Assembly (NCBI GenBank): GCA_963778785.1
Contig: CAVZVV010000010.1
Location: 20,564 to 84,563, forward strand
Origin: an uncultured Actinomycetes bacterium
GTDB taxonomy: Bacteria; Actinomycetota; Actinomycetes; S36-B12; CAIYMF01
Direction: 5' to 3'
DNA: 64,000 nucleotides
This document shows positions 42,355-51,490 of this stretch, piece by piece; position 1 is the stretch's first letter; each line of letters starts with the position of its first letter. Made by a program: the position numbers and the translations under genes. The notes below the pieces were generated by a model, which saw only the letters and a program-made list of their open reading frames with translations, had not been told where the DNA came from and searched no databases.

Positions 42355-42945
42355 GTGGCCCGTCGACGCCCTCCGCTGCCCGACATCGTCCTCACCGACC
42401 CGCGGTCGATCCGCGCCCTGGCCCACCCCGCCCGCGTCGTCGCCATTGACGCCCTCTACGGCGGGGCGACGCTGACCGCCACGGAGTGCGCCGAGCTCGC
42501 CGGGTTGAGCCCGAGCGCGATGAGCTACCACCTGCGGGCGCTGGAGCGGGCCGGGGTGGTGCGCCGCGCCGACCCCCCCGGCGACGGGCGGCAGCGGCCG
42601 TGGGAGGCCGCAGGGCGGGCCCTCATGGTGGACGCCACCCTGGGGGGCGCCACGGCCAGCCCGGCGACGCGCGCCGCGGAGGGCGCCACCCTGTCGGCCC
42701 TGATGGACCTCGATCGCGAGGCCGCGCTGCGGTGGCTCGTCGACCCCGACCGGGACTGGTCGGACAACGCCGTCTACCAGCGCAGCCGGCTCGTCCTAAC
42801 GGAGCAGGAGGCCGTCGACCTCGAGGCCGCGATCAACGCGCTCGTCACTCCCTACCGCCGCGGCGCCCGGACCGCACCCGCCGCGCCCTCCGGCGCGACC
42901 CGCGAAGTCCGTCTAGCCGTCCTGCTGGTCCCCACCCGCACCTGA
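42355..42945 (+). CDS. ArsR/SmtB-like winged-helix transcriptional regulator with an extended C-terminal domain
   Basis: ..IRALAHPARVVAIDALYGG..ATLTATECAELAGLSPSAMSYHLRALERAGVVRR.. is a classic ArsR HTH. GTG start. Confidence 0.8.
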   Translation: MARRRPPLPDIVLTDPRSIRALAHPARVVAIDALYGGATLTATECAELAGLSPSAMSYHLRALERAGVVRRADPPGDGRQRPWEAAGRALMVDATLGGATASPATRAAEGATLSALMDLDREAALRWLVDPDRDWSDNAVYQRSRLVLTEQEAVDLEAAINALVTPYRRGARTAPAAPSGATREVRLAVLLVPTRT

Positions 42946-43040
42946 CTGCCAGGTCCCGCCGGTAACACCGCACTCCACTGCCCGGTGGAGGCCGCGGCGG
43001 TGGCGCGCATCGGGCGGGCGCACGGACCACACTTGGCCGC

Positions 43041-45206
43041 ATGGCCGGGGCCCACCGCGGTTGGGGTGTCGCCATCGCGATCGGGGCGCTGGCGTCGGCA
43101 GTGCTCGGCCCGCTGCCGGCCCTGGCCGTAGGCGCGCAGGACGACGTACGGCTGTGCCCCGGGTCCTTCTCCGACCTGCCGCTCGACACGTCTCGCACGT
43201 ATGCGCGCACCACCGGGAACGGCCACCTTGCCGTGTGCTTCTACGGGACCGCAGAAGACGGCATCAAGCTCGACCTGCACTGGACGGCGCCCGACCCCGG
43301 TGGCGCCGGCGCGGTGTGCCTGCGCGACACCACCACCCCGTACCAGCTCTCCTCGCGCGATCGCGCGGCGTCCGTGTCCTGGCGGTTCCTGCCCGAGCCG
43401 CCGTACCAGCCGTTCGGCCCCGAGCGACGCAAGGCCGCGGCGGCCTCGGTGTTGGCATCGATCGAGCCGCTGGCCGCGTCGTGCGGCGGGTCGTTGCCCA
43501 CCCCGATGCCGACCGCGACCGGCAGCACGTCACCGGGGCCCAGCACCGCGCCCCTGTGCGTCGAGGCCCGCGCGCTGCTGGAGGGGTTCTCGCAGGAGAC
43601 CCTCGAGCGCGCCGGGTTGGGCGACGCCTCGGCAGGCACGGGGCTGCAGGCCGACCTGCCCACGCTTCGCGACGACATGCTCGCCGCGCTCGACGGCTAC
43701 GACGCGGATCACCCCGACGCCACGAGCTATGTCACCGACGGCCCGCCCTATCTGCGCGAGGTCGCGGTCGTGAACTGGCTCAGCGCCGAGGGCGGCGCGT
43801 TCGGCGGCACGCGGACCTCGCTCGTCACCGGGCAGGAGGCCCCCCTCGAGCACGCGATCCGTGCCGAGGTGGCGCGCCGCGCGGGCGGCGCCAGCGCGCC
43901 GGAGTCGCGGCTGAGCCCCGGCGACGTGCTGCGGCTCGCGCTCGACCTCACCGGCGGTGACGTCAACGCCGCCGTCCTCACCGCGCACAACCTGATGCGG
44001 TTCGAGGCGCGCGGCATCGAGCAGGACGCGCCCGGTCTGGGCGACTTGCGCGACCGCACGTTCATGGACCAGAACCTGCGGCCGCTGCGGCGCGACGACA
44101 ACACCGGCGCGTGGTACCACCTGTTCGGCACGGCGTACTACGAGATGACCGCGCGCGGCGACTGGGGGCCGGCCATCACGGTGGGTGCGACCGGGCTCGC
44201 GCTGGCCGCCGGGGTCGTCTCGCTCCCCGCGGCGCTGCTCACGCGCGGCGCGCTGGCGCTCGCCGGCGTGGCAGGGGTTGGGCTGTGGCGCAGCGAGGAC
44301 CGCGCGTCAGGCGTCCGCGTGGCCAGCCGCGTCGCCCAGACGTTCGAGCAGGGCGTGCGGCGCCTCAAGGGCCGGGACCCCGACCCGGAGGAGTTCTGCG
44401 TCAACCTCTGGGGCGCTCAGATCGGCGCCGCGCTGTACCGCGGCCGCCCGTACCGCGCCACGCGCGCGCTGCGGGCGCTGTTCTCCTCGCTGCCCGCGCC
44501 TTCGCCGCGGACGCTGCCCGCGTCCGGCCCGATGATCGCGCCGGCGCCCGAGGGCCGCACGGTGACGTTCGTCGGGTCGCCGTACGCGGTGTGGTTCGAC
44601 GCGGGCGACCAGCAGCTGCTCGTCGACCAGGGGCGGGACCCCGCGCAGGCGGGGATCGAGGGCGGCATCGACGGCCTCGCGGTGCAGCTCGTGCCGGAAG
44701 AGTCCAGCTGGGGGCTGGCCTACGTCGGAGCCGACGACCGGCTGCAGCGCGTCGTGCTGGAGCCCGTGCGCGACCGCGCGCCGCTCACCGTGCTGCGCCT
44801 CAACCTCGCCACAGGCGCAGTCCTGGCGTACCACGGCACGACGTCGCGCGGGCAGCAGGTCGTGATGGAGTCCGTGGGCGGACGCTCCGAGCCGACGGTC
44901 GTCACGTCGGACGGCACGGTGTGGACCCCCGTGCGGACGACCGTGACGGTGCCGTCGACAGAAGCCGCGCTCGCCCAGCTCGGCTACCTCGACCGCGCGA
45001 CGTCGCCGTCCCCGTCGCCCCCGTCGTCGACCTCGGGCGCATCGGCAAGCGGGTCGCCGGGAACGAGCGGGTCGTCGGGGCCCGCGGGCGACGGCGACGG
45101 GCCGCCGGCGTTGGTGCTCGTGGGCGCCACCGCACTCGTCGTCCTGTCACTCGTCCTCGCCGTCTGGCTCCTCGCCCGCCTCACCCCCCGCCCACCCGCC
45201 GCGTAA
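43041..45206 (+). CDS. Orphan 721-aa exported protein with internal hydrophobic segments, a Ser/Pro linker and a C-terminal TM anchor
   Basis: Signal peptide (..WGVAIAIGALASAVLGPLPALAVGAQDD). A central hydrophobic stretch (ITVGATGLALAAGVVSLPAALLTRGALALAGVAGVGLW). S/P/G-rich SPSPSPPSSTSGASASGSPGTSGSSGPAGDG, then LVLVGATALVVLSLVLAVWLLA. I recognise no domain. Confidence 0.7.
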   Translation: MAGAHRGWGVAIAIGALASAVLGPLPALAVGAQDDVRLCPGSFSDLPLDTSRTYARTTGNGHLAVCFYGTAEDGIKLDLHWTAPDPGGAGAVCLRDTTTPYQLSSRDRAASVSWRFLPEPPYQPFGPERRKAAAASVLASIEPLAASCGGSLPTPMPTATGSTSPGPSTAPLCVEARALLEGFSQETLERAGLGDASAGTGLQADLPTLRDDMLAALDGYDADHPDATSYVTDGPPYLREVAVVNWLSAEGGAFGGTRTSLVTGQEAPLEHAIRAEVARRAGGASAPESRLSPGDVLRLALDLTGGDVNAAVLTAHNLMRFEARGIEQDAPGLGDLRDRTFMDQNLRPLRRDDNTGAWYHLFGTAYYEMTARGDWGPAITVGATGLALAAGVVSLPAALLTRGALALAGVAGVGLWRSEDRASGVRVASRVAQTFEQGVRRLKGRDPDPEEFCVNLWGAQIGAALYRGRPYRATRALRALFSSLPAPSPRTLPASGPMIAPAPEGRTVTFVGSPYAVWFDAGDQQLLVDQGRDPAQAGIEGGIDGLAVQLVPEESSWGLAYVGADDRLQRVVLEPVRDRAPLTVLRLNLATGAVLAYHGTTSRGQQVVMESVGGRSEPTVVTSDGTVWTPVRTTVTVPSTEAALAQLGYLDRATSPSPSPPSSTSGASASGSPGTSGSSGPAGDGDGPPALVLVGATALVVLSLVLAVWLLARLTPRPPAA

Positions 45207-45263
45207 CTGCCGAGGGGGTCGCGTTCGGGCGCCGAATCCCGACCAGACGGGCAGTTACGCGGC
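45198..45263. repeat. Palindromic element A (family 1): 14-bp perfect arms GCCGCGTAACTGCC / GGCAGTTACGCGGC, 38-nt spacer
   Basis: Arms lie at 45198-45211 and 45250-45263. The TAA stops of both convergent genes (45204-06 and 45255-57) lie inside the arms. Confidence 0.9.
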
Positions 45264-46295
45264 GGCAGGCGGGGAGAGCCGCCACGTGGGCGCCGCTCGC
45301 GCGAGGCGGTCGATGACCGGCCCCACGGCTTCGTCGGACGCCCAGCGGATCACGCGCCAGCCGGCCGCCTCGAGGTCATGCTGCCGCGCCCGCTCACGTC
45401 GCAGCCGCTCGCGGAAGTCCGCGGGCCGCTCGCCGTACTTGCTCCACCCGTCGACCTCGGCCAGAAGGTTGACCTCGGGCCACGCGAGATCGGAGAAGTA
45501 CCACCGCCCGCGGGCCCCTTGGACGTGGAAGCCGACGACCGGCAGCGGCAGGCCCGCGACTAGCAGACTGCCGCGCCACCACGACTCCGACGCCGACTCG
45601 CTGCCGGGGTCGACCAGCGGGACGGCCCGGCCGAGCACACGCGAGCCCGGCCACCCCCACACCGTGCGGTGCCCGGCGGCGAGCCGCGACCGGACCCACC
45701 CGACGCTCGCCGGGTGGGGTGCCACCTTCCGGACGGCGGAGGCGCGATCCCCCACTCGGTCCTGCAGCAACCGTCTGGCCGCGGCGTCGAGCGGCACCAG
45801 GGCCTGCGGCAGGGTGTGGCCCCTCGCGACGTCGACGGCAGTCCGCACGACGTCCGTCACGCGGAGTCCGTCGACGTCGACGATGTGCTCGGCGGGCGCG
45901 GACACCCCCCGGACCACAACGCCGCCGTCGCGCCGGTTGGCCTCTCCGGGCACCAGCAAGCTCACGTGCGTCGGCGGCCGACCCGGGATGGCGAGCCCAT
46001 GCACGACCGCCGCGGACTCGTGGGACACCACGGCGTCGGAACGGATGCCTGCGAGCGCCGCTCGGATGCGCGCGACGTGCTCGTCGCGGCCGCCGCCGCG
46101 GGGCGCCAACCCGGCGATCGCGACCACCCCCTGCCGCACGACCACGGCCGCACCACTGGCGACCATGGACCGCACCTGCGACCGGGTCAGCCCGATCCCG
46201 GCGAGGTCGCGCACCCGGTAGGGCCCGGGCCCCAGGGCGGCGCGGATCTCGTGCGCCCGCCGTCGTTGGACGTCGCCCACCCCCATCCGCGGCAT
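45255..46295 (-). CDS. AbiEi-N/DUF559 (Vsr-like endonuclease fold)-family protein
   Basis: C-terminus ..SESWWRGSLLVAGLPLPVVGFHVQGARGRWYFSDLAWPEVNLLAEVDGWSKYG..RERARQHDLEAAGWRVIRWASDE fits the DUF559-type pattern as I recall it. The N-terminus is HTH-like (VRDLAGIGLTRSQVRSMVASG). The start is 46295, 46286 or 46334. Confidence 0.7.
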   Translation of the reverse strand: MPRMGVGDVQRRRAHEIRAALGPGPYRVRDLAGIGLTRSQVRSMVASGAAVVVRQGVVAIAGLAPRGGGRDEHVARIRAALAGIRSDAVVSHESAAVVHGLAIPGRPPTHVSLLVPGEANRRDGGVVVRGVSAPAEHIVDVDGLRVTDVVRTAVDVARGHTLPQALVPLDAAARRLLQDRVGDRASAVRKVAPHPASVGWVRSRLAAGHRTVWGWPGSRVLGRAVPLVDPGSESASESWWRGSLLVAGLPLPVVGFHVQGARGRWYFSDLAWPEVNLLAEVDGWSKYGERPADFRERLRRERARQHDLEAAGWRVIRWASDEAVGPVIDRLARAAPTWRLSPPAAA

Positions 46296-46345
46296 CCTGC
46301 CGCGGCGCCGCCACACGGCGCCGCCGCCGTCCACACCCCCGTCAC

Positions 46346-46401
46346 GTCACTGCCCGAGTGATCGCGTTCCAACCGGATTTCGCGACCATTCGGGCAGTTA
46401 C
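46346..46401. repeat. Palindromic element B (family 1): 21-bp imperfect arms (18/21) gtcactgcccgagtgatcgcg / cgcgaccattcgggcagttac, 14-nt loop
   Basis: It lies 19 nt downstream of the fbaA stop and about 50 nt upstream of the DUF559-like gene. It has the same architecture as element A (GTAACTGCC(C)GA..GGTCGCG..loop..CGGGCAGTnAC). Confidence 0.85.
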
Positions 46402-46419
46402 ACGCGTGAGGCGGTGAGG

Positions 46420-47442
46420 TCACGCGATCTTCGTGCCGGCGGAGCGGAGGTCTTCGCAGGCGCGGACGACGCGGGCGGCCATGCCGGCCTCGGCCGCCTT
46501 GCCCCAGGCGCGCGGGTCGTACTGCTTCTTGTTTCCGACCTCGCCGTCGACCTTCAGCACCCCGTCGTAGTTCTTCATCATGTGGTCGACCACGGGACGG
46601 GTGTACGCGTACTGCGTGTCGGTGTCGACGTTCATCTTCACGACGCCGTAGTCGAGCGCCTCGCGGATCTCCGACAGCAGCGAGCCCGAGCCGCCGTGGA
46701 ACACCAGGTCGAACGGCTTGTCCTTGCCATACTTCGCGCCGACGGCGTCCTGGATGTCCTTGAGGATCGAGGGCTTGAGCACCACGTTGCCCGGCTTGTA
46801 GACGCCGTGCACGTTGCCGAAGGTGGCGGCCACCATGTAACGGCCGCGCTCACCGAGGCCGAGCTTCTCCGCGGTGGCCAGGCCGTCCTCAGGGGTGGAG
46901 TAGAGCTTCGCGTCGTGCTTGGCCTCGACGCCGTCCTCCTCGCCGCCGACGACGCCGATCTCGAGCTCCATGATGATGTGGGCCGCGTGGCACAGGTCGA
47001 GCATCTCCGAGGCGACGTCGAGGTTCTCGCCGAGCTCGACTGCCGAGCCGTCCCACATGTGCGACTGGAACAGCGGCAGCTCGCCGGCCTTGACCCGCTC
47101 GACCGAGAGCTCGACGAGCGGTCGCATGAAACCGTCGAGCTTGTCCTTGGGGCAGTGGTCGGTGTGCAGGGCGATGTTGACGTCGTACTTCGCCGCCACG
47201 ACGTGCGCGAACTCCGCGAGCGCCACGGCACCCACGACCATGTCCTTGACGGCCTGGCCCGACGCATACGCCGCGCCGCCCCACGAGACCTGCACGATGC
47301 CGTCGCTGCCGGAGTCCGCGAAGCCCTGGATCGCGGCGTTCACGGTGGACGACGACGTGCAGTTGATCGCCGGGTAGGCGAAGGCGCCGGCCTTGGCGCG
47401 GTCCAGCATCTCGGCGTAGACCTCGGGGGTGGCGATGGGCAT
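46420..47442 (-). CDS. fbaA: Class II fructose-1,6-bisphosphate aldolase
   Basis: Intact 340-aa ORF, MPIATPEVYAEMLDRAKAGAFAYPAINCTSS.., with HTDHCP and FHGGSGS motifs. Confidence 0.95.
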   Translation of the reverse strand: MPIATPEVYAEMLDRAKAGAFAYPAINCTSSSTVNAAIQGFADSGSDGIVQVSWGGAAYASGQAVKDMVVGAVALAEFAHVVAAKYDVNIALHTDHCPKDKLDGFMRPLVELSVERVKAGELPLFQSHMWDGSAVELGENLDVASEMLDLCHAAHIIMELEIGVVGGEEDGVEAKHDAKLYSTPEDGLATAEKLGLGERGRYMVAATFGNVHGVYKPGNVVLKPSILKDIQDAVGAKYGKDKPFDLVFHGGSGSLLSEIREALDYGVVKMNVDTDTQYAYTRPVVDHMMKNYDGVLKVDGEVGNKKQYDPRAWGKAAEAGMAARVVRACEDLRSAGTKIA

Positions 47443-47586
47443 GTGCGGTCAGCTCCCTGGATCGTGGGCAGTGTGCGCGTCCGGGCCGCGGTAGCGACGC
47501 TGGACCTGCCTCCCATCCTGGCAGAGAGCACCCCGGCTCTCCCAGGGCCCTTCGCTACCCGGCGATAGCCCCCGACGCGGCAAACG

Positions 47587-47619
47587 CCACGAGCCCCGCC
47601 GTGTCGGCGGGGCTCGTGG
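47587..47619 (-). terminator. Strong hairpin downstream of the SHOCT-domain gene
   Basis: ccacgagccccgcc / ggcggggctcgtgg form a 14-bp perfect stem with a 5-nt loop, 30 nt after the stop. A short T-containing tail follows on the minus strand. Confidence 0.65.
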
Positions 47620-47648
47620 AACGTGCTGCGGGCGCGAGGCCCGCGGGG

Positions 47649-48044
47649 TCAGGACGCGAGCGCCTTGGCCTTGAGCGCGTCGAACTCCGCCTGCGAGATG
47701 GCGCCGGACTGCAGCAGGTCGTGCGCCTTGGCGATGTCCGCGGTGGCCGACGACGTGACGGCGGCGTCCTGGGCCACGATCTGCTTGGCGTACTCGACCT
47801 GGGCGGCCTGCATGTTCTTGGCCTGTGCCTGCGCCCGCTCGGCCATGCCGCTGCCGCGCACGACCAGGTAGATCAGGGGGCCCAAGAACGGCAGGACGAA
47901 GATGAACAGGATCCAGAGGGCCTTGACCCACCCGTTCGTGCCGTGGTCGCGGAACAGGTCGCTGAAGATGTTCAGGATGATCATGAAATAGATGACCATG
48001 AAGAAGATGACGACGAGCGTCCACAGGAAGTCGGTCAGAGTCAT
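47649..48044 (-). CDS. Small membrane protein: PLDc_N-type N-terminal TM domain plus C-terminal SHOCT domain
   Basis: ATG at 48044. FLWTLVVIFFMVIYFMIILNIFSDLFRD..WVKALWILFIFVLPFLGPLIYLVVRG, then ..LLQSGAISQAEFDALKAKAL. Confidence 0.8.
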   Translation of the reverse strand: MTLTDFLWTLVVIFFMVIYFMIILNIFSDLFRDHGTNGWVKALWILFIFVLPFLGPLIYLVVRGSGMAERAQAQAKNMQAAQVEYAKQIVAQDAAVTSSATADIAKAHDLLQSGAISQAEFDALKAKALAS

Positions 48045-48145
48045 GCCGTGCGTCTCCTTGAGAGGGGTGTCAGGGCGGCGCCCAGGTTGATCCCCGGCGC
48101 CTAGGCCTCGTGGCTCCACCCTAGGGCCTTCGGCCCACTCCGACG

Positions 48146-49372
48146 TCATCCCGCCGGGAGTGGCTCAAGCGCCCGGACGCCGCGGACCTGCGGGTCGAGC
48201 AGGCCCAGCACGATCGGCACGGCCGCCAGGACGAAGCATGCCCACAGCGCCGTGCCGACGCCGACGGCGTCGGCGAGCGGTCCCGCCACGGCCAGCCCGA
48301 GCGGGGCCAGCAGCGACGAGCCCATCCAGTCGTAGGACGAGACGCGCGAGAGCGACTCGGGCGGAACGTGCTGCTGCAGGGCCGTGTCCCACAGGACTCC
48401 GAACACGTCGCCGGCGATGCCCGCCACCAGAGCCACCGCCGCGATCGTCCACACCGGGGTCGGCACGGCGAGCAGCGCGATCGGCACGCAGAAGACGAGG
48501 GCGCCGAGCATGCACAGGTACATCGGCCGCTTCGGGTGCAGCCGCAGCGCGATGAGCACGCCCAGCACCGTGCCCACGCTCTCCATCGCCAGGATCGCCG
48601 CCCACGGCCCGGGACCGCCGAGCGACTCGGTGGCCTGCACCGGGCCCAGCACGCCCATCGTGGCGGAGAACGCCATGTTCACCACGCTGAACACGAGCAC
48701 AATGACCCACACCCAGCGCCTCGAGACGAACTCGTGCCAGCCTTCGCGCAGGTCCTCGAAGACGCGGCTGCTGCCCGGCCCTTCCGGCGTGTTTCCCCGC
48801 ACCCGCGACGCGAGCAGCGACGCGATGCAGAAGAACCCCCCGGCCAGGACGAGGGTCCAGCCCGATCCGACGAGCGCGACCAGCACGCCCCCGAGCGCCG
48901 TGCCCAGGATGCGCGCCACGTTGGTCGTCAGCCGCAGCAGCGCGTTGGCCGACTGCAGCTGGTCCGCTGGCGATATCTCCGGGACGATGCCGGTGAGCGC
49001 CGGCATGAGCAGCGCGATGGCCGACCCGCCGATCGCAGCGGCCACTGCCAGCAGCGGGACGGTGGCGTGGCCGGTGAGGAAGAGCAGGCCGGCCGCGATC
49101 TCCGCGACGGCGCCGAGCGCCTCGGCCCACATGACGACGCGGGCCCGGCGTACGCGGTCGGCCAGCACCCCGCCGAGGAGCGTGAGCAGCACGGGCGGCA
49201 GCGCCGCCGCCACCATCACGATGCTCAGGCTGGCGGCGCTCGACCCCGGTAGCGCGAGCACGCCGAATGCGAGGGCGATCGGGGCCAGCGCGCCCCCGAA
49301 GACGGAGAAGGTGCGCGAGACGAACAGCCGCCTGAAGTCGCGGCCGCGCAGGAGATCGAAGTCGCGGCGCAC
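48146..49372 (-). CDS. MFS transporter
   Basis: Intact 408-aa hydrophobic ORF with an MFS-like organisation (..LGGVLADRVRR..). Confidence 0.8.
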   Translation of the reverse strand: MRRDFDLLRGRDFRRLFVSRTFSVFGGALAPIALAFGVLALPGSSAASLSIVMVAAALPPVLLTLLGGVLADRVRRARVVMWAEALGAVAEIAAGLLFLTGHATVPLLAVAAAIGGSAIALLMPALTGIVPEISPADQLQSANALLRLTTNVARILGTALGGVLVALVGSGWTLVLAGGFFCIASLLASRVRGNTPEGPGSSRVFEDLREGWHEFVSRRWVWVIVLVFSVVNMAFSATMGVLGPVQATESLGGPGPWAAILAMESVGTVLGVLIALRLHPKRPMYLCMLGALVFCVPIALLAVPTPVWTIAAVALVAGIAGDVFGVLWDTALQQHVPPESLSRVSSYDWMGSSLLAPLGLAVAGPLADAVGVGTALWACFVLAAVPIVLGLLDPQVRGVRALEPLPAG

Positions 49373-49424
49373 GGCCCGACGCTCTCACCCCGGACGAGGG
49401 CGTGTCACGCCGATATGTCCGCGG

Positions 49425-50075
49425 TCAGCGCGGCCGCTGGTTGAACACGTGGCGGCGCACCCACGCGTGCATCGCGATCGCCGCGGCTGCACCGACGTTG
49501 ACCGAACGGGTCGACCCGAACTGCGCGATCGCGAGCACCTCGTCGCACACCGAGAGACCCTCCGACGAGATGCCCGTGCCCTCCTGGCCCAGCAGGAGCA
49601 GGCAGGCGCGAGGCAGCTCATAGGTCTCCAGCGGCACCGCTCCGGGGGCGTTGTCGACGCCCAGCACGGCAAGGCCCTCGGCGCCCGCCCACTCGGCGAG
49701 GCCCGCGGCCGTGTCGTGGTGGTGCACGTGCAGGTACCGGTCCGTGACCATCGCGCCGCGCCGGTTCCACCGCCGCCGCCCGACCACGTGCACGCCGGCG
49801 ACATTCATGGCGTTCGCGGTGCGCACCACCGAGCCGATGTTGAGGTCGTGCTTCAGGTTCTCGATCGCCACGTGCAGCGGCTGGCGCCGGAGGTCGAGGT
49901 CGGCCACCACGGCCTCGACGGTCCAGTAGCGGTAACGATCAGCCACGTTCCGACGGTCGCCGTCGCGCATCAGCAGCGGGTCGAGGTGATCGTCGTCAGG
50001 CCACGGTGGCGGGAGCGGCCCCACCCCGACCTCGCGGGCGGATATCTCGTCCCGTCTCGGCTGCACGCCCCGCAC
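49425..50075 (-). CDS. TrmH/SpoU-family RNA 2'-O-methyltransferase
   Basis: NIGSVVRTANAM.., LLLGQEGTGIS, IAQFGSTRSVNVGAAAAIAMHAW (SPOUT motifs). Confidence 0.85.
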   Translation of the reverse strand: MRGVQPRRDEISAREVGVGPLPPPWPDDDHLDPLLMRDGDRRNVADRYRYWTVEAVVADLDLRRQPLHVAIENLKHDLNIGSVVRTANAMNVAGVHVVGRRRWNRRGAMVTDRYLHVHHHDTAAGLAEWAGAEGLAVLGVDNAPGAVPLETYELPRACLLLLGQEGTGISSEGLSVCDEVLAIAQFGSTRSVNVGAAAAIAMHAWVRRHVFNQRPR

Positions 50076-50101
50076 TATGCCGCGGACCCTAGGCTCGCCG
50101 C

Positions 50102-50791
50102 GTGTCTCCCCCCGCCTCGCTGCTCGACCCGGCGCTCGGCGAGCTGTCCGCGTGGGCCGTCTACGCCGTGGTGTGGGGCTTCGTGTTCGTCGAGTCGGGC
50201 CTGCTCGTGGGCTTCTTCCTCCCCGGCGACACGATCCTCTTCGGGGCCGGCCTGCTGGCCGGGGCCCCCGGCTCGCCGCTGAGCGTGCCGCTGCTGGCCG
50301 CGGGGGCCTTCGTCGCGGCGGTGGCCGGCGACCAGCTCGGGTACGTGCTCGGCGGCCGGCTGGGGCGCCCGTGGCTCGACCGGCGCGCCCGGCCGTCGTG
50401 GCGGCCGCACGTCCGGCGCACCGAGGACTTCTACCACCGGTACGGGCCGTTCGCGGTCGTGGCAGCCCGGTTCGTCCCGTGGGTGCGTACGTTCACCCCG
50501 TTCGTCGCCGGTGGTGCCCGGATGCGCTACCTGCCCTTCCTCGCGGCGAACGTCGTGGGGGCGGCCTGCTGGGCCGTCGGGCTCACGCTCGTGGGCGCGT
50601 GGGCCGCCACGGTGCCCGCGGTGCGGGACGTCGCCTACGGGGTCGCTGGACTCGTCATCACCGCCTCCGTGATGCTCACCGCTGCTGGCTGGTGGCGCCG
50701 ACGACGGGCCGACGCCACCGCCGGCACCGCGGGCGCCGACGGCGCGGGTGGCGAGCAGCCGGGCACGACCGACGCCGGCCCGGCCAGGTAG
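50102..50791 (+). CDS. DedA-family (VTT domain) membrane protein, copy 1
   Basis: ..FVESGLLVGFFLPGDTILFGAGLLAG.., RFVPWVRTFTPFVAGGARM. GTG start. Confidence 0.85.
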   Translation: MSPPASLLDPALGELSAWAVYAVVWGFVFVESGLLVGFFLPGDTILFGAGLLAGAPGSPLSVPLLAAGAFVAAVAGDQLGYVLGGRLGRPWLDRRARPSWRPHVRRTEDFYHRYGPFAVVAARFVPWVRTFTPFVAGGARMRYLPFLAANVVGAACWAVGLTLVGAWAATVPAVRDVAYGVAGLVITASVMLTAAGWWRRRRADATAGTAGADGAGGEQPGTTDAGPAR

Positions 50792-50800
50792 CCTCGCGGG

Positions 50801-51490
50801 GTGCCGCTGCCCTCGATCGTCGCTGTGCCCGCGCTGCTCCCCGACTGGCTGAACCCTCTGCTGATCGTCGAGAAGTTCGGTACCGCCGCGTTCCTCGTCG
50901 TCCTCATGATCATCTTCGCCGAGTGCGGCATCTTCCTGGGCTTCTTCCTGCCAGGTGACTCGCTGCTGTTCGCCACGGGACTCTTCATCGCGCAGGGCGC
51001 GATGGGGGTGAACCTTGGCGTGGCTTGCGTGCTGATCTCGGCCGCAGCCGTGCTCGGGAACCTGGTCGGCTACTGGATCGGCTATGCGGTCGGACCGGCC
51101 CTGTTCCACCGGCCCGACTCCAAGCTCTTCCGGCAGGAGCACGTGCAGCGGGCGCATGCCTTCTTCGAGCGCTACGGAGCCCCGGCGATCATCCTGGCCC
51201 GCTTCGTCCCGATCGTGCGCACCTTCATCACCGCCATCGCGGGCATCGCCCGGATGGACTTCAGGACCTACTTCCTGTACTCGGCCATCGGCGGCGTGCT
51301 CTGGGGCACGGGGGTGACCCTCGCGGGCTACTACCTCGGCTCGGTCGAGGCCGTGAAGAACAACATCGAGATCATCCTGGTGCTCATCGTGCTGGTCTCC
51401 GTCGTACCGATCGCGTTCGAGTGGTACCGGCACCGCAACGACCCGCCGCTGGTTCCCGAGCCCGCGGGAGACGCCTCGCCTCCCGCCTGA
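50801..51490 (+). CDS. DedA-family (VTT domain) membrane protein, copy 2
   Basis: ..FAECGIFLGFFLPGDSLLFATGLF.., RFVPIVRTFITAIAGIARM. GTG start, 9 nt after copy 1. Confidence 0.85.
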   Translation: MPLPSIVAVPALLPDWLNPLLIVEKFGTAAFLVVLMIIFAECGIFLGFFLPGDSLLFATGLFIAQGAMGVNLGVACVLISAAAVLGNLVGYWIGYAVGPALFHRPDSKLFRQEHVQRAHAFFERYGAPAIILARFVPIVRTFITAIAGIARMDFRTYFLYSAIGGVLWGTGVTLAGYYLGSVEAVKNNIEIILVLIVLVSVVPIAFEWYRHRNDPPLVPEPAGDASPPA

